Below are positions 7,769-18,110 of a stretch of 64,000 bases of DNA, in pieces. Under the pieces are notes generated by a model. That model made no database searches and was not told the DNA's origin. It saw nothing but the letters and a program-made list of their open reading frames with translations. The stretch lies in NCBI GenBank assembly GCA_017642885.1, contig JAEPOM010000015.1:13059-77058 (forward strand), read 5' to 3'. The DNA is from Henriciella sp. (lineage in GTDB: Bacteria; Pseudomonadota; Alphaproteobacteria; Caulobacterales; Hyphomonadaceae). The position numbers were made by a program, and so were the translations under genes. How positions within the stretch are numbered: position 1 is the first letter of the stretch; every line of letters starts with the position of its first letter.

Positions 7769-10700
7769 TCATCTCGCAGACCTAAGCCTCCGATCTTCTT
7801 CAGCTTTTTCTGCTTCGACGCGAACCAATTCTTCAAAACGCTCATCTCCCATGACGGCGCGTGCATTCTCTTCACCGCCAGCCCACTCAACGTACGACTC
7901 GAGCCCATACCGTTGAACATGCGCTTCGCCATTGGTGATGGCCGTTTGGTGAGCAACATCATCTCCTGATCCTCGGACATACTCTTGAACCTCACTTTGT
8001 TGCCCGATCATATCTGTGAAGCGTCCTTGAACGGCTGCGGATGTCGGCGTTTCAACGGGCGTTGATCGTTCGTCAAAGCGAATATTGCGATCGGAAGCAG
8101 CGCTCTCGAATGCGGCACTCTGAGCTGCTTCGCCAGAGAACGATCCGATCGGCGCGTACGCGCGGCCGTCAGGCTGGGAAAAGCCGCTCGGAGCGCCAAA
8201 TGACTCTGGCCTCAAACGGCTCTCGAAGAAACCGGATTGAACGGCTCGCTGTTCAGCGCGTCCCATGTCGGAAGATGACAGGTCAACCCAATACTCCTGA
8301 GCCTCCCGTGTCGAAACGGTTCGACCATTCAAATTTGAGAGATGGCTAACCAGAAATGTCTCAAACGCTGCGACCTCGTTCGCATTGATGGATCCGCCGC
8401 GTCCCATTCGATCATCGGCGCTCGCAGTGTAAGTCGATGCTTCTGTGTAATAGGCCTCCGCCTGCTGCCTTGCTTCTTCGCCGCGCCTAAAGTCAGCCGA
8501 GGTCTCGCGTGCGAGTGACAAACCTTCCTGGTGTTGTTGTCGTTCCATCACGCTCTCAGCATCGCGCACGAACCCACTCAACTCGTCGCGATACTGCTGC
8601 CCTTCATCATATGAGGAGCTGTCGGTCGAACTTCGGTCTGAATTAAGAGACCCAGATTCGCTAACGCGATAGCCTTGGTCAGCGCGGTTTTCTCCGCGCT
8701 TATAGGAATTTCCGTCTGTCCCCAAGCCACCAGAAACTGGAAGTCGGCCACCTTGGCTACGGCCGTTTTTGGGCCTTGGAGAGCTATTGCTTCCACCTCC
8801 ACTTGGCGTACCCACACGCAGTCCCACATTGATGTTCGCTTGCTCACCCTCAGCGATTGAAGCAGTACGGCCTTGGAATTCATCCAAGCTCAGGGTCATC
8901 GAGCGCCCCGCTCTGAGTGCATCGAGACGGCTATCCTGGTAACTACCATAATCGGCAGCACTTTGGGTTAGAGCAGCCCCACGCTCGGACAGCACCTGGG
9001 CGTCTTGACTGTCCATACGAGACAACATGTCGGTGAGGCGCGACAGATCTGTTTCTGTTTCTCCGTAGAATTTGGATGCGCTCTCACGGCGTGTGTCGCC
9101 CTCGGAGCGATAGACCGAGCGCCCGATAGACGTCATCGCATTGGAATCGAGAGAGGTCGCGAAACCAGATTGATACCGGCTATGGCCTGCCGTCTCATCA
9201 ACGAGCGACACGCCGCCAGATGTACGCGTCCAGTTGCGCCCTTCGGGATCTCTATAGCTGGCATGTCCGACATCATATGAGGGACTAAGGCGGATCTGCC
9301 CGGCAGTTGCATTGCCAGCTGATGATGTCATCAAAGTCTGATTGCCAATATTCGCGTTCCCGAACCCAAGATTTCCCGTTGCGGCTTCAGCAGCCGCCGT
9401 CTGAGACGCGCTTTTGACCGGGGCCAGAAAGCTTTCGTGCAAACGCCCAACTCCAACCGCGATTCCCGGCCCCGCCGCAGCAAGAAACGGAATCATGGTG
9501 ATGAGCAATCCGCCAATACCCGACAAATCAGCCGCAGTGGCCGACATGCCAAGCGAGGTTTGGATCGTTTGGCCAAGCGTGCCTGGCATTTGCGCCGAGG
9601 CATTGATGGCGTCGTAGCCTTGGCGCGTGATGATGTAATGAATGACTGCGAAGAGCGGTCCCCACATTTGCAAGTACAGAAAGCCCGCAAAATACTTCTG
9701 CATGAAGCTGAACCCGATGTTCGGGAGCAAGAAGAAAGGCGCAATGATCGGGAAGATTGCGATCACGATCACGGTGATCGCGATATAGAGAAAGTTGACG
9801 AACTTCTCGGCGATCGCGCCAAGCACGGTATAATTCCATTTCGCTTCCTGCTCAGCGCGCGCGGCGGCATAGGCTTCGACCGCCGCCGATGCATCTGCCC
9901 GCGCGGAATAGTCCACCACCGCATCCATCGTCGAGTTCACAAGGATCACTTGCTGGGCGATTTGCTGAGCTGATTGTGAGACGCCAACAAATTGCTGATA
10001 GATGATTGGAAGCGAGGAGAGCATAACCGCTCTTGCCTCAGCATTTGTCAGATGCGGCTTGGAAAGCTGCGCCTGCCGATCAATCGTATTGTCGGCCGCG
10101 GCGGCAAGTCCGGCAGAAATGCCGGTCCAGGCATTCGCGCAGGTTTCGACCGTGACGGTGCCGTCGGCCAGTTCATAGCGTGTGAAGAGCGCCGGCGACG
10201 CGGATGTTGCCAGCACGGGGACAAGATCAGTCGCCGTAACAAGATCATCAATCGCGGTCAGCCCAGCATTAATGTCCGGGAAGACGCAGTCTCTTGTGTA
10301 GCCGGTGAGGTTGCGCGAGAACCAGGTGTCGACCGCTCGCCAATTGTCCAAGGAAGACTGGACCTGCAAGGCATATCCAAAGCCGTGCGTTGAATAGGCC
10401 ATATCGGCGGGTTCGGCGAACAAAGTCTCGAACGCACCTGTGAGCGTGCTGCCAATGGTCGTCGTGATCGACGCCGGCACAGCGAGGCCGACGGGTACAT
10501 TGTTGACGGTGGCGACAGGGGTTCCGGAGACCCGATCCGTCACGGTTACATTCACAGTTGGGACAAGCAGCACCAGATAGATGACGGTCGATTTCACCAG
10601 AAAGTCGAAACCGGCCTTGAAGTTCATGCTGACCGCGACTTGCCAGGCCGCGAGCGCAAGGCCGATGATCAGGACAACGCGGATCAATGACGCAAACGCG

Positions 10701-10777
10701 CCTGAGCCAGTAAAAGCTGCAACGGCATTTAGAACATCGACGATGAATTCGCCGCCTCCGGTGACAATAACTTCCAT
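7769..10777 (-). CDS. traG: F-type mating-pair stabilisation protein TraG
   Basis: MEVIVTGGGEFIVDVLNAVAAF start, TM-rich N-terminal domain with Y.RDCVFPD and YLQMWGPLFAVIHY, long S/G/A-rich C-terminal region; last gene of the tra operon. ATG at 10777 (ORF track starts at TTG 10780). Confidence 0.9.
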   Translation of the reverse strand: MEVIVTGGGEFIVDVLNAVAAFTGSGAFASLIRVVLIIGLALAAWQVAVSMNFKAGFDFLVKSTVIYLVLLVPTVNVTVTDRVSGTPVATVNNVPVGLAVPASITTTIGSTLTGAFETLFAEPADMAYSTHGFGYALQVQSSLDNWRAVDTWFSRNLTGYTRDCVFPDINAGLTAIDDLVTATDLVPVLATSASPALFTRYELADGTVTVETCANAWTGISAGLAAAADNTIDRQAQLSKPHLTNAEARAVMLSSLPIIYQQFVGVSQSAQQIAQQVILVNSTMDAVVDYSARADASAAVEAYAAARAEQEAKWNYTVLGAIAEKFVNFLYIAITVIVIAIFPIIAPFFLLPNIGFSFMQKYFAGFLYLQMWGPLFAVIHYIITRQGYDAINASAQMPGTLGQTIQTSLGMSATAADLSGIGGLLITMIPFLAAAGPGIAVGVGRLHESFLAPVKSASQTAAAEAATGNLGFGNANIGNQTLMTSSAGNATAGQIRLSPSYDVGHASYRDPEGRNWTRTSGGVSLVDETAGHSRYQSGFATSLDSNAMTSIGRSVYRSEGDTRRESASKFYGETETDLSRLTDMLSRMDSQDAQVLSERGAALTQSAADYGSYQDSRLDALRAGRSMTLSLDEFQGRTASIAEGEQANINVGLRVGTPSGGGSNSSPRPKNGRSQGGRLPVSGGLGTDGNSYKRGENRADQGYRVSESGSLNSDRSSTDSSSYDEGQQYRDELSGFVRDAESVMERQQHQEGLSLARETSADFRRGEEARQQAEAYYTEASTYTASADDRMGRGGSINANEVAAFETFLVSHLSNLNGRTVSTREAQEYWVDLSSSDMGRAEQRAVQSGFFESRLRPESFGAPSGFSQPDGRAYAPIGSFSGEAAQSAAFESAASDRNIRFDERSTPVETPTSAAVQGRFTDMIGQQSEVQEYVRGSGDDVAHQTAITNGEAHVQRYGLESYVEWAGGEENARAVMGDERFEELVRVEAEKAEEDRRLRSAR

Positions 10778-11235
10778 CAACCGGCTCCCTTAAGAAGCTC
10801 AAGCTCCAGTTCGATCCGGATTGTCAGCAGTCGAAGGGCGCGCGCCTCTCCGGCCCCTAGCGAGATGTCCTGCAATCGATCCCTTAGGAGACGTGCGCGC
10901 GACGACCTATGTTGCGGATTTTCGGTCTGGTCCATAACAAGAAACTCAGAGAGCACCGAGGCAGCGGTCTCTAAATGGCGCTGGCCGAACACGCCTTTCG
11001 AGACCATCATTTCGCCGAAGGAGACCACGACGCAGAGATGGCCGTCGATCAGGGCGAGACGCTCCGACCAATCCTCGGTACGGGCGCAGATCGCGTCCCA
11101 CAAAGCTTTGGTATAGGCGTCTATCCGGGACTCACAGGCGCGGCCCCGAATAGCGGCAGAATCAATGCAGGCATTGAGACGATGCTCGCGCGCCGCCCGC
11201 TCCTGCTTAGATAGATGTTCAAGACTGAGGATCAT
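10777..11235 (-). CDS. Hypothetical protein between traH and traG
   Basis: Start at 11235 (MILSLEHLSKQER) overlaps the traH TGA; its stop overlaps the traG ATG; no family recognised. Confidence 0.6.
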   Translation of the reverse strand: MILSLEHLSKQERAAREHRLNACIDSAAIRGRACESRIDAYTKALWDAICARTEDWSERLALIDGHLCVVVSFGEMMVSKGVFGQRHLETAASVLSEFLVMDQTENPQHRSSRARLLRDRLQDISLGAGEARALRLLTIRIELELELLKGAG

Positions 11236-12617
11236 CGCGACTGCACCGCGTCGGCAAAGCGCAGCGAGCCTTGCATATCGACTGAAAGCCGCCCGGCAAT
11301 GATGCGTTCCAGGGTTTGGGTCTGCTCCATTACAGCCAACCATCCCCCGACTTCTGTGGCGGCAACGGCCCGGCGGGCACGGAGCTTGGTGCGCAGCTCT
11401 GAGATCGTGGATTGGACCTGCTCACTATCATAGACGCTGATGCGTCCTTCGGCTTTCAGCGCCTCTTCAATCGCGTCCAATCCTCGTTCGAGATATTCCA
11501 CGACAAGGACGCCGGCAATCACGTCAGCATATGCTGCAAGCGGATTGCCCGCTTGATTGTTGTATTGGGTATGCACGACCAGCATTTTATAGACGGGCAT
11601 GGGCGCGAGATTGACGAAGTCGATCTCTTCGGGGGTGAGCGCCGTTCGCGTCCGCGCCTTCTCAGTTATGCTGGCGAGCAGTAAATCCACACGCGTGCGG
11701 AAACCTTCGTTTGCCGGGATGGTTATGTCGGTTCGCGCGGGACGCAGGCATTGATCGATCTCATCACAGCGATAAAGCGTGAGCGTCCCGCCATCGAGGA
11801 GCGCGTTGAACGCATCGGTCGTCATCGGGATCGGCGGAAACGGCGGCACGGTGGTTCCGGCATCATCGGCATAGATGATTTTCATGCCGACCATGGACAT
11901 CAGGAATTCTGCATATTCGCGGTTGGTGGAAAGCCGGGCGTCTTTCAGCGCCAGCCAGACCCGATTGGTGTTCTCTTCGTTCTGGCGAGAGAAGGCTTCG
12001 CCGGCACCATCAATGACGCCCTGCTTGTCAGCATCCATACCGCATTTCTGGCGGGCATCTGCGCCGTCTTCATAGGTGCCCGAGGCGAGACCTGCGATCC
12101 GGCATAGATAGTCAGATTTGCCTTGGGCGCGGTCGTGAACTTCGCCAAGCAGGCTTTGAGCCGCCTCGCAGCTATCCATGTTCCAGGAATTGATCGTATT
12201 GGCCCGTTCCTCGAGATCAGCAAGAATACCGCCAAGCTCGGGGCTGACCGCATCGATCCCGGCTTTGAAGATCAGGCCAGCGCTATCAGCGGCGACGGCT
12301 TTTAGAAAATCGATGAATTCATCGGCATCGATGAAGGAAAATCCACCTGCGAAGAGATCAATGCCACCGCAGCCCGCGCGATAGGAGGGAAACTGAATAT
12401 CAATCGGGTCGAGCGTTTTGCGCGGGGTGCGCAGATAGATTTGCCCGAGCGTATAATAGCCGCCGCTTTGCAGATCATGCGAGCTAGGTCCTGAGACATT
12501 GCCATAGCCGTTCAAGTCTTCCCAGAACTCGGTCATGTCCTGGCCGAGCTGCGCCGAGGCTGGCGCGCCAAGCGCCCATGCCGCGCCAAGGGCTGCGATC
12601 CATTTAGTCCAGGTCAT
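11232..12617 (-). CDS. traH: F-type conjugal transfer pilus assembly protein TraH
   Basis: Signal peptide; GGYYTLGQIYLR, PSYRAGCGGIDLFAGGFSFI and MDSCEAAQ motifs. Confidence 0.93.
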   Translation of the reverse strand: MTWTKWIAALGAAWALGAPASAQLGQDMTEFWEDLNGYGNVSGPSSHDLQSGGYYTLGQIYLRTPRKTLDPIDIQFPSYRAGCGGIDLFAGGFSFIDADEFIDFLKAVAADSAGLIFKAGIDAVSPELGGILADLEERANTINSWNMDSCEAAQSLLGEVHDRAQGKSDYLCRIAGLASGTYEDGADARQKCGMDADKQGVIDGAGEAFSRQNEENTNRVWLALKDARLSTNREYAEFLMSMVGMKIIYADDAGTTVPPFPPIPMTTDAFNALLDGGTLTLYRCDEIDQCLRPARTDITIPANEGFRTRVDLLLASITEKARTRTALTPEEIDFVNLAPMPVYKMLVVHTQYNNQAGNPLAAYADVIAGVLVVEYLERGLDAIEEALKAEGRISVYDSEQVQSTISELRTKLRARRAVAATEVGGWLAVMEQTQTLERIIAGRLSVDMQGSLRFADAVQSR

Positions 12618-13422
12618 GCGCGTCTACTCCATATTCTTCGCCCGGCGCCATCGTGGTGAGGGCGCGGATGCGATATTCCAGTTCTGAGATGGTCAGCAGG
12701 CCATAGCCGACCGGGATCACCTCGCCGGTCTCAGCGTCATACAAGGCGACCGCCGGCGTCACATCGGCAAGGCCCATGCGGGCGCGCTGGCCGGTATCGA
12801 CCTGGTAGCCCTCAAATCCGGAGAGCGGACGGCCATCGACCGAGACGGGCAGAATGGTCAGGCCATAGCGGTCGGCAAAGCCGCCAAGGATCTGCTCATA
12901 GACAGCGCAAAAGTCACAAGTCCCCGCGCCAAAATAGAAAATCCCGTAGCGGTCTTTAATGGCCTCAATGCTCGCGGCTTCAGCGGCCCGCTCAATATCG
13001 CGCTCTGCCTGACGGCCAAGCTGGCTGGTGGGCCAGTCAACGGACTCGTCCAAGTCCGGGTTGGACCAGACAACCCGTTTCCACTGGGCGGTCATATAGG
13101 CGGCATTGTCGACCCAGCGTTTTTGCAGCCGCATATAGCGCTCGACATTGGCCGGCGTTGGATCGAGGACCATGGCAGCCTTCGCCTCATCGAATATGGC
13201 GCGCTCAGTCTCAAGACGTTCACTGGCGCTCGGCGCGACAACGACTTCAGACTCGACCGGTACTTCTTCGACTGGGTCCGAAACGGCTTTGTCCGGATCG
13301 CAATAGAAGTGATAGCCAAGATCACGATCGCAATAGACTTGTGTGTCGACATTCGGCTCGGCCGCTACGGGCAGCGCCGCAGATGCGAAAATCGAGATAG
13401 CGATGAGCGATCTAATTGCCAT
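12604..13422 (-). CDS. traF: F-type conjugal transfer protein TraF (thioredoxin-like)
   Basis: Signal peptide MAIRSLIAISIF; GYHFYCDP, DPTPANVERYMRLQK, YGIFYFGAGTCDFC (CxxC), ILPVSVDG. Confidence 0.9.
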   Translation of the reverse strand: MAIRSLIAISIFASAALPVAAEPNVDTQVYCDRDLGYHFYCDPDKAVSDPVEEVPVESEVVVAPSASERLETERAIFDEAKAAMVLDPTPANVERYMRLQKRWVDNAAYMTAQWKRVVWSNPDLDESVDWPTSQLGRQAERDIERAAEAASIEAIKDRYGIFYFGAGTCDFCAVYEQILGGFADRYGLTILPVSVDGRPLSGFEGYQVDTGQRARMGLADVTPAVALYDAETGEVIPVGYGLLTISELEYRIRALTTMAPGEEYGVDAHDLD

Positions 13423-15187
13423 AGTTTCGAAGCCTTTCCTGCATGGCCGCAGAAGCATCCACTGGATCGGGCAAAGTGAGGCTGGCTTCCAGGTCCTCGT
13501 AGAATTCTGAGAGATCCATCGCGCCGATATCGAGCGAGGCGAATTCATCGACGGTAAAGCCAGAACAGTCCGGGCTTTTGACATCGCCATAGGCTCGGCC
13601 AAGCTGAGCCCGTCCCTGTTCGGTGAGAATGCGCGAGAGGCGAGAGCCATGGCAGCAATAGCTGCGCTTCTTTTTCAGGCAGACGCCGAAAAACGTCTTC
13701 TCATCGCAATAGGTCCCGACATAGGTGCATTCATGCAGGCCTTGGCTTTGGGCCAGTCTTTGCTCGTCGGCATTGCACTGATTGAGGCCAAGATCATTGA
13801 GGATGCCTTCATCCTTGCAGCAATTGAACGCGCCAAAGACCGCCTTGCCGCATTGCAGATTCTCACCATCGAAAATCGTCAGCGAATCCCCGTCCAATTG
13901 GTCGGCGCCTTCGAACACCGCCGCAAAAGCTGCCGTCGCCTCTTCGAACTGATCAGACGGTTCAGGCTCAATCGCCGGGAAACAGTCGCCCGTGATGCAA
14001 TAGACATTTTGGGCGCAGACCGAGACAGTTCCGGTTTGGATCTGATTTGCCGGGCAGGCATATTCATGATGCTCGGAGATGCAGGCGCCCGATGGATCGT
14101 TGGACAAACAGGTCGTCTGAACGAGATCGCAGCCAGGATCGGGCGGTGCACATGTATTGAAAACGTCGCCGCCCATCACTTCGCACGCGGCCTGCATGCG
14201 GACGCGCCAACATTCGCCGCCGACGGGCAGATAACGCCCTTCACTTCGCCCAAATGCGGTCCAATGGGTCAAGCCGCATTGCGCCTTCGTCTGCCCCCGG
14301 CACGGCGTCCAGGACCCCGTCGTGAAAGCGGCGGTTAAATCGGGATGATAATCGATGTAAGACGCATAATCGGCAGCCCCGTTCGGGGCGCCATAGCCGC
14401 TCACCTCGGGACCGGCGATGCAGGTTTCGGTGAGACTGGTGCATTCCGGACGCGCGGCAAAACTTGCGCAGGTCTGAGGCTGCAATTCAAATCCGAGTTG
14501 CCGTGTCTCGACCCGCACCGGAATGCTGGCCGAAATCTGGCGGTCACAGGCAATCTCCCATTGGGTCACTGGGATTCGCCTGATGATTGTTGTTGCTGAG
14601 ACTTGCGTACAGCCCTGGACATTCACGAGCCAGTCGCGCTGCCCCCGATCAAGCGTGGTATAGATCCATTGGGTGTCAACGCGCGGGCGGCCTGTATAGT
14701 CGCAGGGCTGATCTTCCATCCGGCTGGTGCCAGAGACCTCGCAGCCATAGCTTGTCGAGGTTTCGCCATAGACCGCGCTATCGGTGCAGGCGCCATATTG
14801 GCCTGCAAGTCCCAGATCACTTCCAACCACAGCGAGCGGATCGGCTTCAACGGCAAGCCCGGCGCTCAAGATGCTGCGCGCCTCAGCCTCATCCATATAG
14901 TTCGGGCTGACCGCGCGGGTATAAGCCACGCCTGCGCCGGAATCACTCGACAACGCCGTGCTTCCTGCAGTCTGCAGGGCGCTCTCATTGCCATAGAAAG
15001 ACATTTCAGGTGGCGCATCACTATAAGACGGCAAGGCTTCGACCGCAGTCGGATCGATCAGTTCCTGGCCGCCTTCAGGGAAGACGTCGCGCACAGCGTC
15101 CTGGCCTTCTTTATAGGCGTCCTGGGCGAGGCTTGGCACGGCCAACAGACCGATCCAGCCTGCAAGAAGGCATACGGCGCGGATCAT
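13412..15187 (-). CDS. traN: Mating-pair stabilisation adhesin TraN
   Basis: Signal peptide; Cys-rich; C-terminal IFDGENLQCGKAVFGAFNCC...CTYVGTYC...KKKRSYCCHGSRLSRILTEQGRAQL...CSGFTVDEFASLD. Confidence 0.92.
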   Translation of the reverse strand: MIRAVCLLAGWIGLLAVPSLAQDAYKEGQDAVRDVFPEGGQELIDPTAVEALPSYSDAPPEMSFYGNESALQTAGSTALSSDSGAGVAYTRAVSPNYMDEAEARSILSAGLAVEADPLAVVGSDLGLAGQYGACTDSAVYGETSTSYGCEVSGTSRMEDQPCDYTGRPRVDTQWIYTTLDRGQRDWLVNVQGCTQVSATTIIRRIPVTQWEIACDRQISASIPVRVETRQLGFELQPQTCASFAARPECTSLTETCIAGPEVSGYGAPNGAADYASYIDYHPDLTAAFTTGSWTPCRGQTKAQCGLTHWTAFGRSEGRYLPVGGECWRVRMQAACEVMGGDVFNTCAPPDPGCDLVQTTCLSNDPSGACISEHHEYACPANQIQTGTVSVCAQNVYCITGDCFPAIEPEPSDQFEEATAAFAAVFEGADQLDGDSLTIFDGENLQCGKAVFGAFNCCKDEGILNDLGLNQCNADEQRLAQSQGLHECTYVGTYCDEKTFFGVCLKKKRSYCCHGSRLSRILTEQGRAQLGRAYGDVKSPDCSGFTVDEFASLDIGAMDLSEFYEDLEASLTLPDPVDASAAMQERLRNYGN

Positions 15188-15963
15188 GGCGCCGCCGCCA
15201 AACGCGCCAAAGCTGCGCGGGCATGCGCCGGGGCGACCGCCCCTTGCTCGGCGAGAAGTCGAAGCGCGGCCTCGACGGAGATATTGCCCGAGACCGTATC
15301 GGCCTCCAGCTGCCGGCAGGCAAAGCCGTCACAGACCGGCTCGCCGGTCAGCACGGCATAAGTCGGCACTTGCGTGACGCCGAGCGCCTGAAAATAGCGC
15401 GGATCCACACTGATGCCGACCTGATCGCCTTCTTCAAACAGAGCGCGAATGCGGGTCGCAAAGCTCGCATACCCGCCGCCATAAAAGCCGCGCACGACAA
15501 CTACGCCGCCCGCCTCTTTGGTCTCGCGAATGATGGAGGTCAGTGCCGCATCCGGCATGGAGAGGCTAACAAAAGCAACAAGGAGCGGGGCGTCTCCGGA
15601 GTCCCGCCGCGCGCCGCGCGCGACATCCCCGGCCGCCGCTGCCAGCGCGCCGGCATCAATGGCGCCGTCCTCGTCAAAGAAAGACTCTGGTCCTCCAGCG
15701 CCTTGCGCCGCCAATCGATCCCCGACGCGCTCATTTAGAGCTTTGGCTTCAGCGCTAAACCGTTCGGCTTCCTTAAGAATGGCATCAATGTCTACGTCCG
15801 TACCGTCCGGGCGCTCGGCCACGAAATCCCGCGCGAGCTGTTCAGCCTCGCGGCGGATATCGCCGAGCTCTTCGTCGCGAGACTGAGGCTGCGCAATCAG
15901 GCCAAGGCCGAGCACGATCATTAGGAGCGCGGTTAGACGTGGGGGATTGAAGATACGCGTCAT
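15184..15963 (-). CDS. trbC: F-type pilin assembly protein TrbC
   Basis: VAFVSLSMPDAAL...VVVRGF...SVDPRYFQALGVTQVPTY...VSGNISVEAAL; start moved to MTRIFNPP at 15963. Confidence 0.88.
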   Translation of the reverse strand: MTRIFNPPRLTALLMIVLGLGLIAQPQSRDEELGDIRREAEQLARDFVAERPDGTDVDIDAILKEAERFSAEAKALNERVGDRLAAQGAGGPESFFDEDGAIDAGALAAAAGDVARGARRDSGDAPLLVAFVSLSMPDAALTSIIRETKEAGGVVVVRGFYGGGYASFATRIRALFEEGDQVGISVDPRYFQALGVTQVPTYAVLTGEPVCDGFACRQLEADTVSGNISVEAALRLLAEQGAVAPAHARAALARLAAAP

Positions 15964-15965
15964 GA

Positions 15966-17021
15966 TCAGCCGGCGCAGCAATTGCGCTTCCCCCAATATA
16001 AATAGCCAAAATCTTCTCCGATCACGGGCCCCCATTTCAGCGATTGCCAGACCATGGTGGACCGCCCGACGGGAATGCAGGATCGCAGCGAGCCGCGGGT
16101 CACCGGGACCGGCACCGTCGTCTGAACGCGCCACTGCGATTTGCGCCAGACGGGCGCGTACTGGTCCTGACAGAGCACGGCTGCATCCGAGCCCGCCGCG
16201 CGCGGTGTCAGACCAAGCCGGTAATTATGATAGAGGAGCCGGTTCGCGGCGAGCACCGAGCCCATAGGCTGGCCGGTCTGGACCGGTATGTTCTGGGTCA
16301 GCGGATAGACATTGCCCTGACAACCCGAACACCAGAACAGCTCATCAATGGGTTTGCCCGCTGTGGCGGCGACGCAATCAGCCGAGCAGGCCAAGAGCGC
16401 GACCGGATTAGCGAAGGCAGCGGCTTCCGGGTTCATAATCATGGAGAGGCCATCATCATGCCAGAAGGGATCAAGCTCTGAGAGCCAGGCAATATCCCAC
16501 TGCGGGCTACGCACGCAGGCCGCATCAGTTATCAGCTCCAGCATGCTGAAGAGCGGATAGATGTACCAATGGGCTTCCCAGACGCCTTCTTCGCCAACGC
16601 CCTGATCGCGCTCGGCGCGGCCATGGCCGCGCGGCAAGACGCCCGGCATGACAAAGCCGCCCAGGTTTGGAAAGCAATAAGGCTGCATGGTCACATCCGC
16701 CAATCGGGACGGCTCCCACCATCCAATTGAAAGACCGACCCGCAGGAAAAGCGGCGGCGGCGCCGGGCAGGTGCATAAGGGGCTTGAGGGATTGTCAGCA
16801 TCCGGCCTTGAAGATGGCACGACTGGAATGGAGCCGACCGTGATCGGGAACATGCAATCCCAGCAGACATCGGTGATTGGATTGATCATCCGGCCTGAGC
16901 AAATCGCTTCGGACACTTCGCCAAGGGCGCTGGATCCACTGTCCTGGGCGCCGGCCGGACTCAAGAATAATGCGAGGCTGGCAGCTAGAATGGCTGCGAG
17001 ACGAGAGATCAGCGTTTTCAT
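15966..17021 (-). CDS. traU: F-type conjugal transfer protein TraU
   Basis: CSGRMINPITDVCWDCMFPITVG, IGWWEPSRLADVT, HWYIYP, WLSELDPFW, FWCSGCQG, GEDFGYLYWGKRNCC. Confidence 0.95.
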   Translation of the reverse strand: MKTLISRLAAILAASLALFLSPAGAQDSGSSALGEVSEAICSGRMINPITDVCWDCMFPITVGSIPVVPSSRPDADNPSSPLCTCPAPPPLFLRVGLSIGWWEPSRLADVTMQPYCFPNLGGFVMPGVLPRGHGRAERDQGVGEEGVWEAHWYIYPLFSMLELITDAACVRSPQWDIAWLSELDPFWHDDGLSMIMNPEAAAFANPVALLACSADCVAATAGKPIDELFWCSGCQGNVYPLTQNIPVQTGQPMGSVLAANRLLYHNYRLGLTPRAAGSDAAVLCQDQYAPVWRKSQWRVQTTVPVPVTRGSLRSCIPVGRSTMVWQSLKWGPVIGEDFGYLYWGKRNCCAG

Positions 17022-17641
17022 GGTGCCACCTCTTCGACCCGAAGCATTCTACCCTCCTGACGGATCCGCGCGGGCACAGATGTGACGCCGAACTTGGCGG
17101 TGATGAGCCCGCGCTGATCGAAATAGACTGGCTGCTGGATCTCTTGCTCCAACTCGAACGGCGCGCCGCTGACCAGAATAATCTTCGCGCCCCAAATGGA
17201 CGTGTTCGCTTGGGCGAGCGCCCAGTCCACTTGCTCTCGGTCATCGCCATCCAGCAAAAGCAGCGGCGTGCGCATAGCGACGGCATCAAGCGGATTGACG
17301 CTTTGGCCTGCCGCGATGATGAGGCGGCCTTCGGTATCGGTGATGTCTTCCGGCGCGGTCCAGGACGGGTCATAGGTCCAGGATCGTGGTTCTACGGTGC
17401 GGGTGATCCCCGGCACCGGATCGGGTCTGATGATCTTGGCTTTGGCGCGGTCGACAAATTCGTGTTCGAGCCGGTCCAATTCGCCGCTGGCGCGCATCTC
17501 TCCAAGACGGCGCTGGATCTGGTGCAGCAGGTCTTCTTCTGTAATCTCGAAGGTCTCGCCATAGACGCCGAGATCTTCCGCACTCGCGCTCCAGCTAAAG
17601 GAGAGGGCGAGCGCGGCCAATAATGCGGCCCTGCCCAACAT
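17018..17641 (-). CDS. traW: F-type conjugal transfer protein TraW
   Basis: EDLGVYGETFEITEEDLL, LLLLDGDDREQVDWA, YFDQRGLITAKFGVTSVPA. Confidence 0.92.
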   Translation of the reverse strand: MLGRAALLAALALSFSWSASAEDLGVYGETFEITEEDLLHQIQRRLGEMRASGELDRLEHEFVDRAKAKIIRPDPVPGITRTVEPRSWTYDPSWTAPEDITDTEGRLIIAAGQSVNPLDAVAMRTPLLLLDGDDREQVDWALAQANTSIWGAKIILVSGAPFELEQEIQQPVYFDQRGLITAKFGVTSVPARIRQEGRMLRVEEVAP

Positions 17642-18110
17642 AACCAATCTCCTTATATCTTGAATCGAAACTGTCCGGGCTCGGCGACCAGACGAAGAAC
17701 AACCCCTCTGGCACGGTGCCGGGATCGACTGGCGTGACATTGGGATTTGCGCCGGTCAGCGCCTTATTGGGTCCCAGCCGCTCGCCATTGATCGCAACGT
17801 CCACCCCTTCATGGGTCACCATGTCCCCGCCGACGCCGCGCACGATTTTTACAAAAGCGATATCCTCCGGATAATAAGGGTTCGGGCCCGGCGTGAACGC
17901 CACCATATCGCCCTTGCCGGGCAACACGCCTTTCTCGACAATAAACGCCCAATGCGGCAGCGACTGGGTTTGATTGATCAGAATGTAATGGGTCCGGCTC
18001 CAGGCATAGATGGCCTTCAGCACCCCGAGCGCGAGAATCACCGCGCAGACGATCAGCCATTTGCGCAAGGGGGCCTGCGAGCGCTGCGCAGAGGTGGAAA
18101 CGGCGGTCAT
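17595..18110 (-). CDS. S26 family signal peptidase (TrhF/TraF-like pilin-processing peptidase)
   Basis: INQTQSLP (Ser), FVKIVRGVGGD (Lys), DSFDSRY motifs; located between trbI and traW. Confidence 0.88.
   Translation of the reverse strand: MTAVSTSAQRSQAPLRKWLIVCAVILALGVLKAIYAWSRTHYILINQTQSLPHWAFIVEKGVLPGKGDMVAFTPGPNPYYPEDIAFVKIVRGVGGDMVTHEGVDVAINGERLGPNKALTGANPNVTPVDPGTVPEGLFFVWSPSPDSFDSRYKEIGYVGQGRIIGRARPLL

Noticed and set aside
14603-15738. Long plus-strand ORFs (252 aa, 242 aa)
   Set aside because: Antisense to traN and trbC in GC-rich DNA; compositionally implausible proteins
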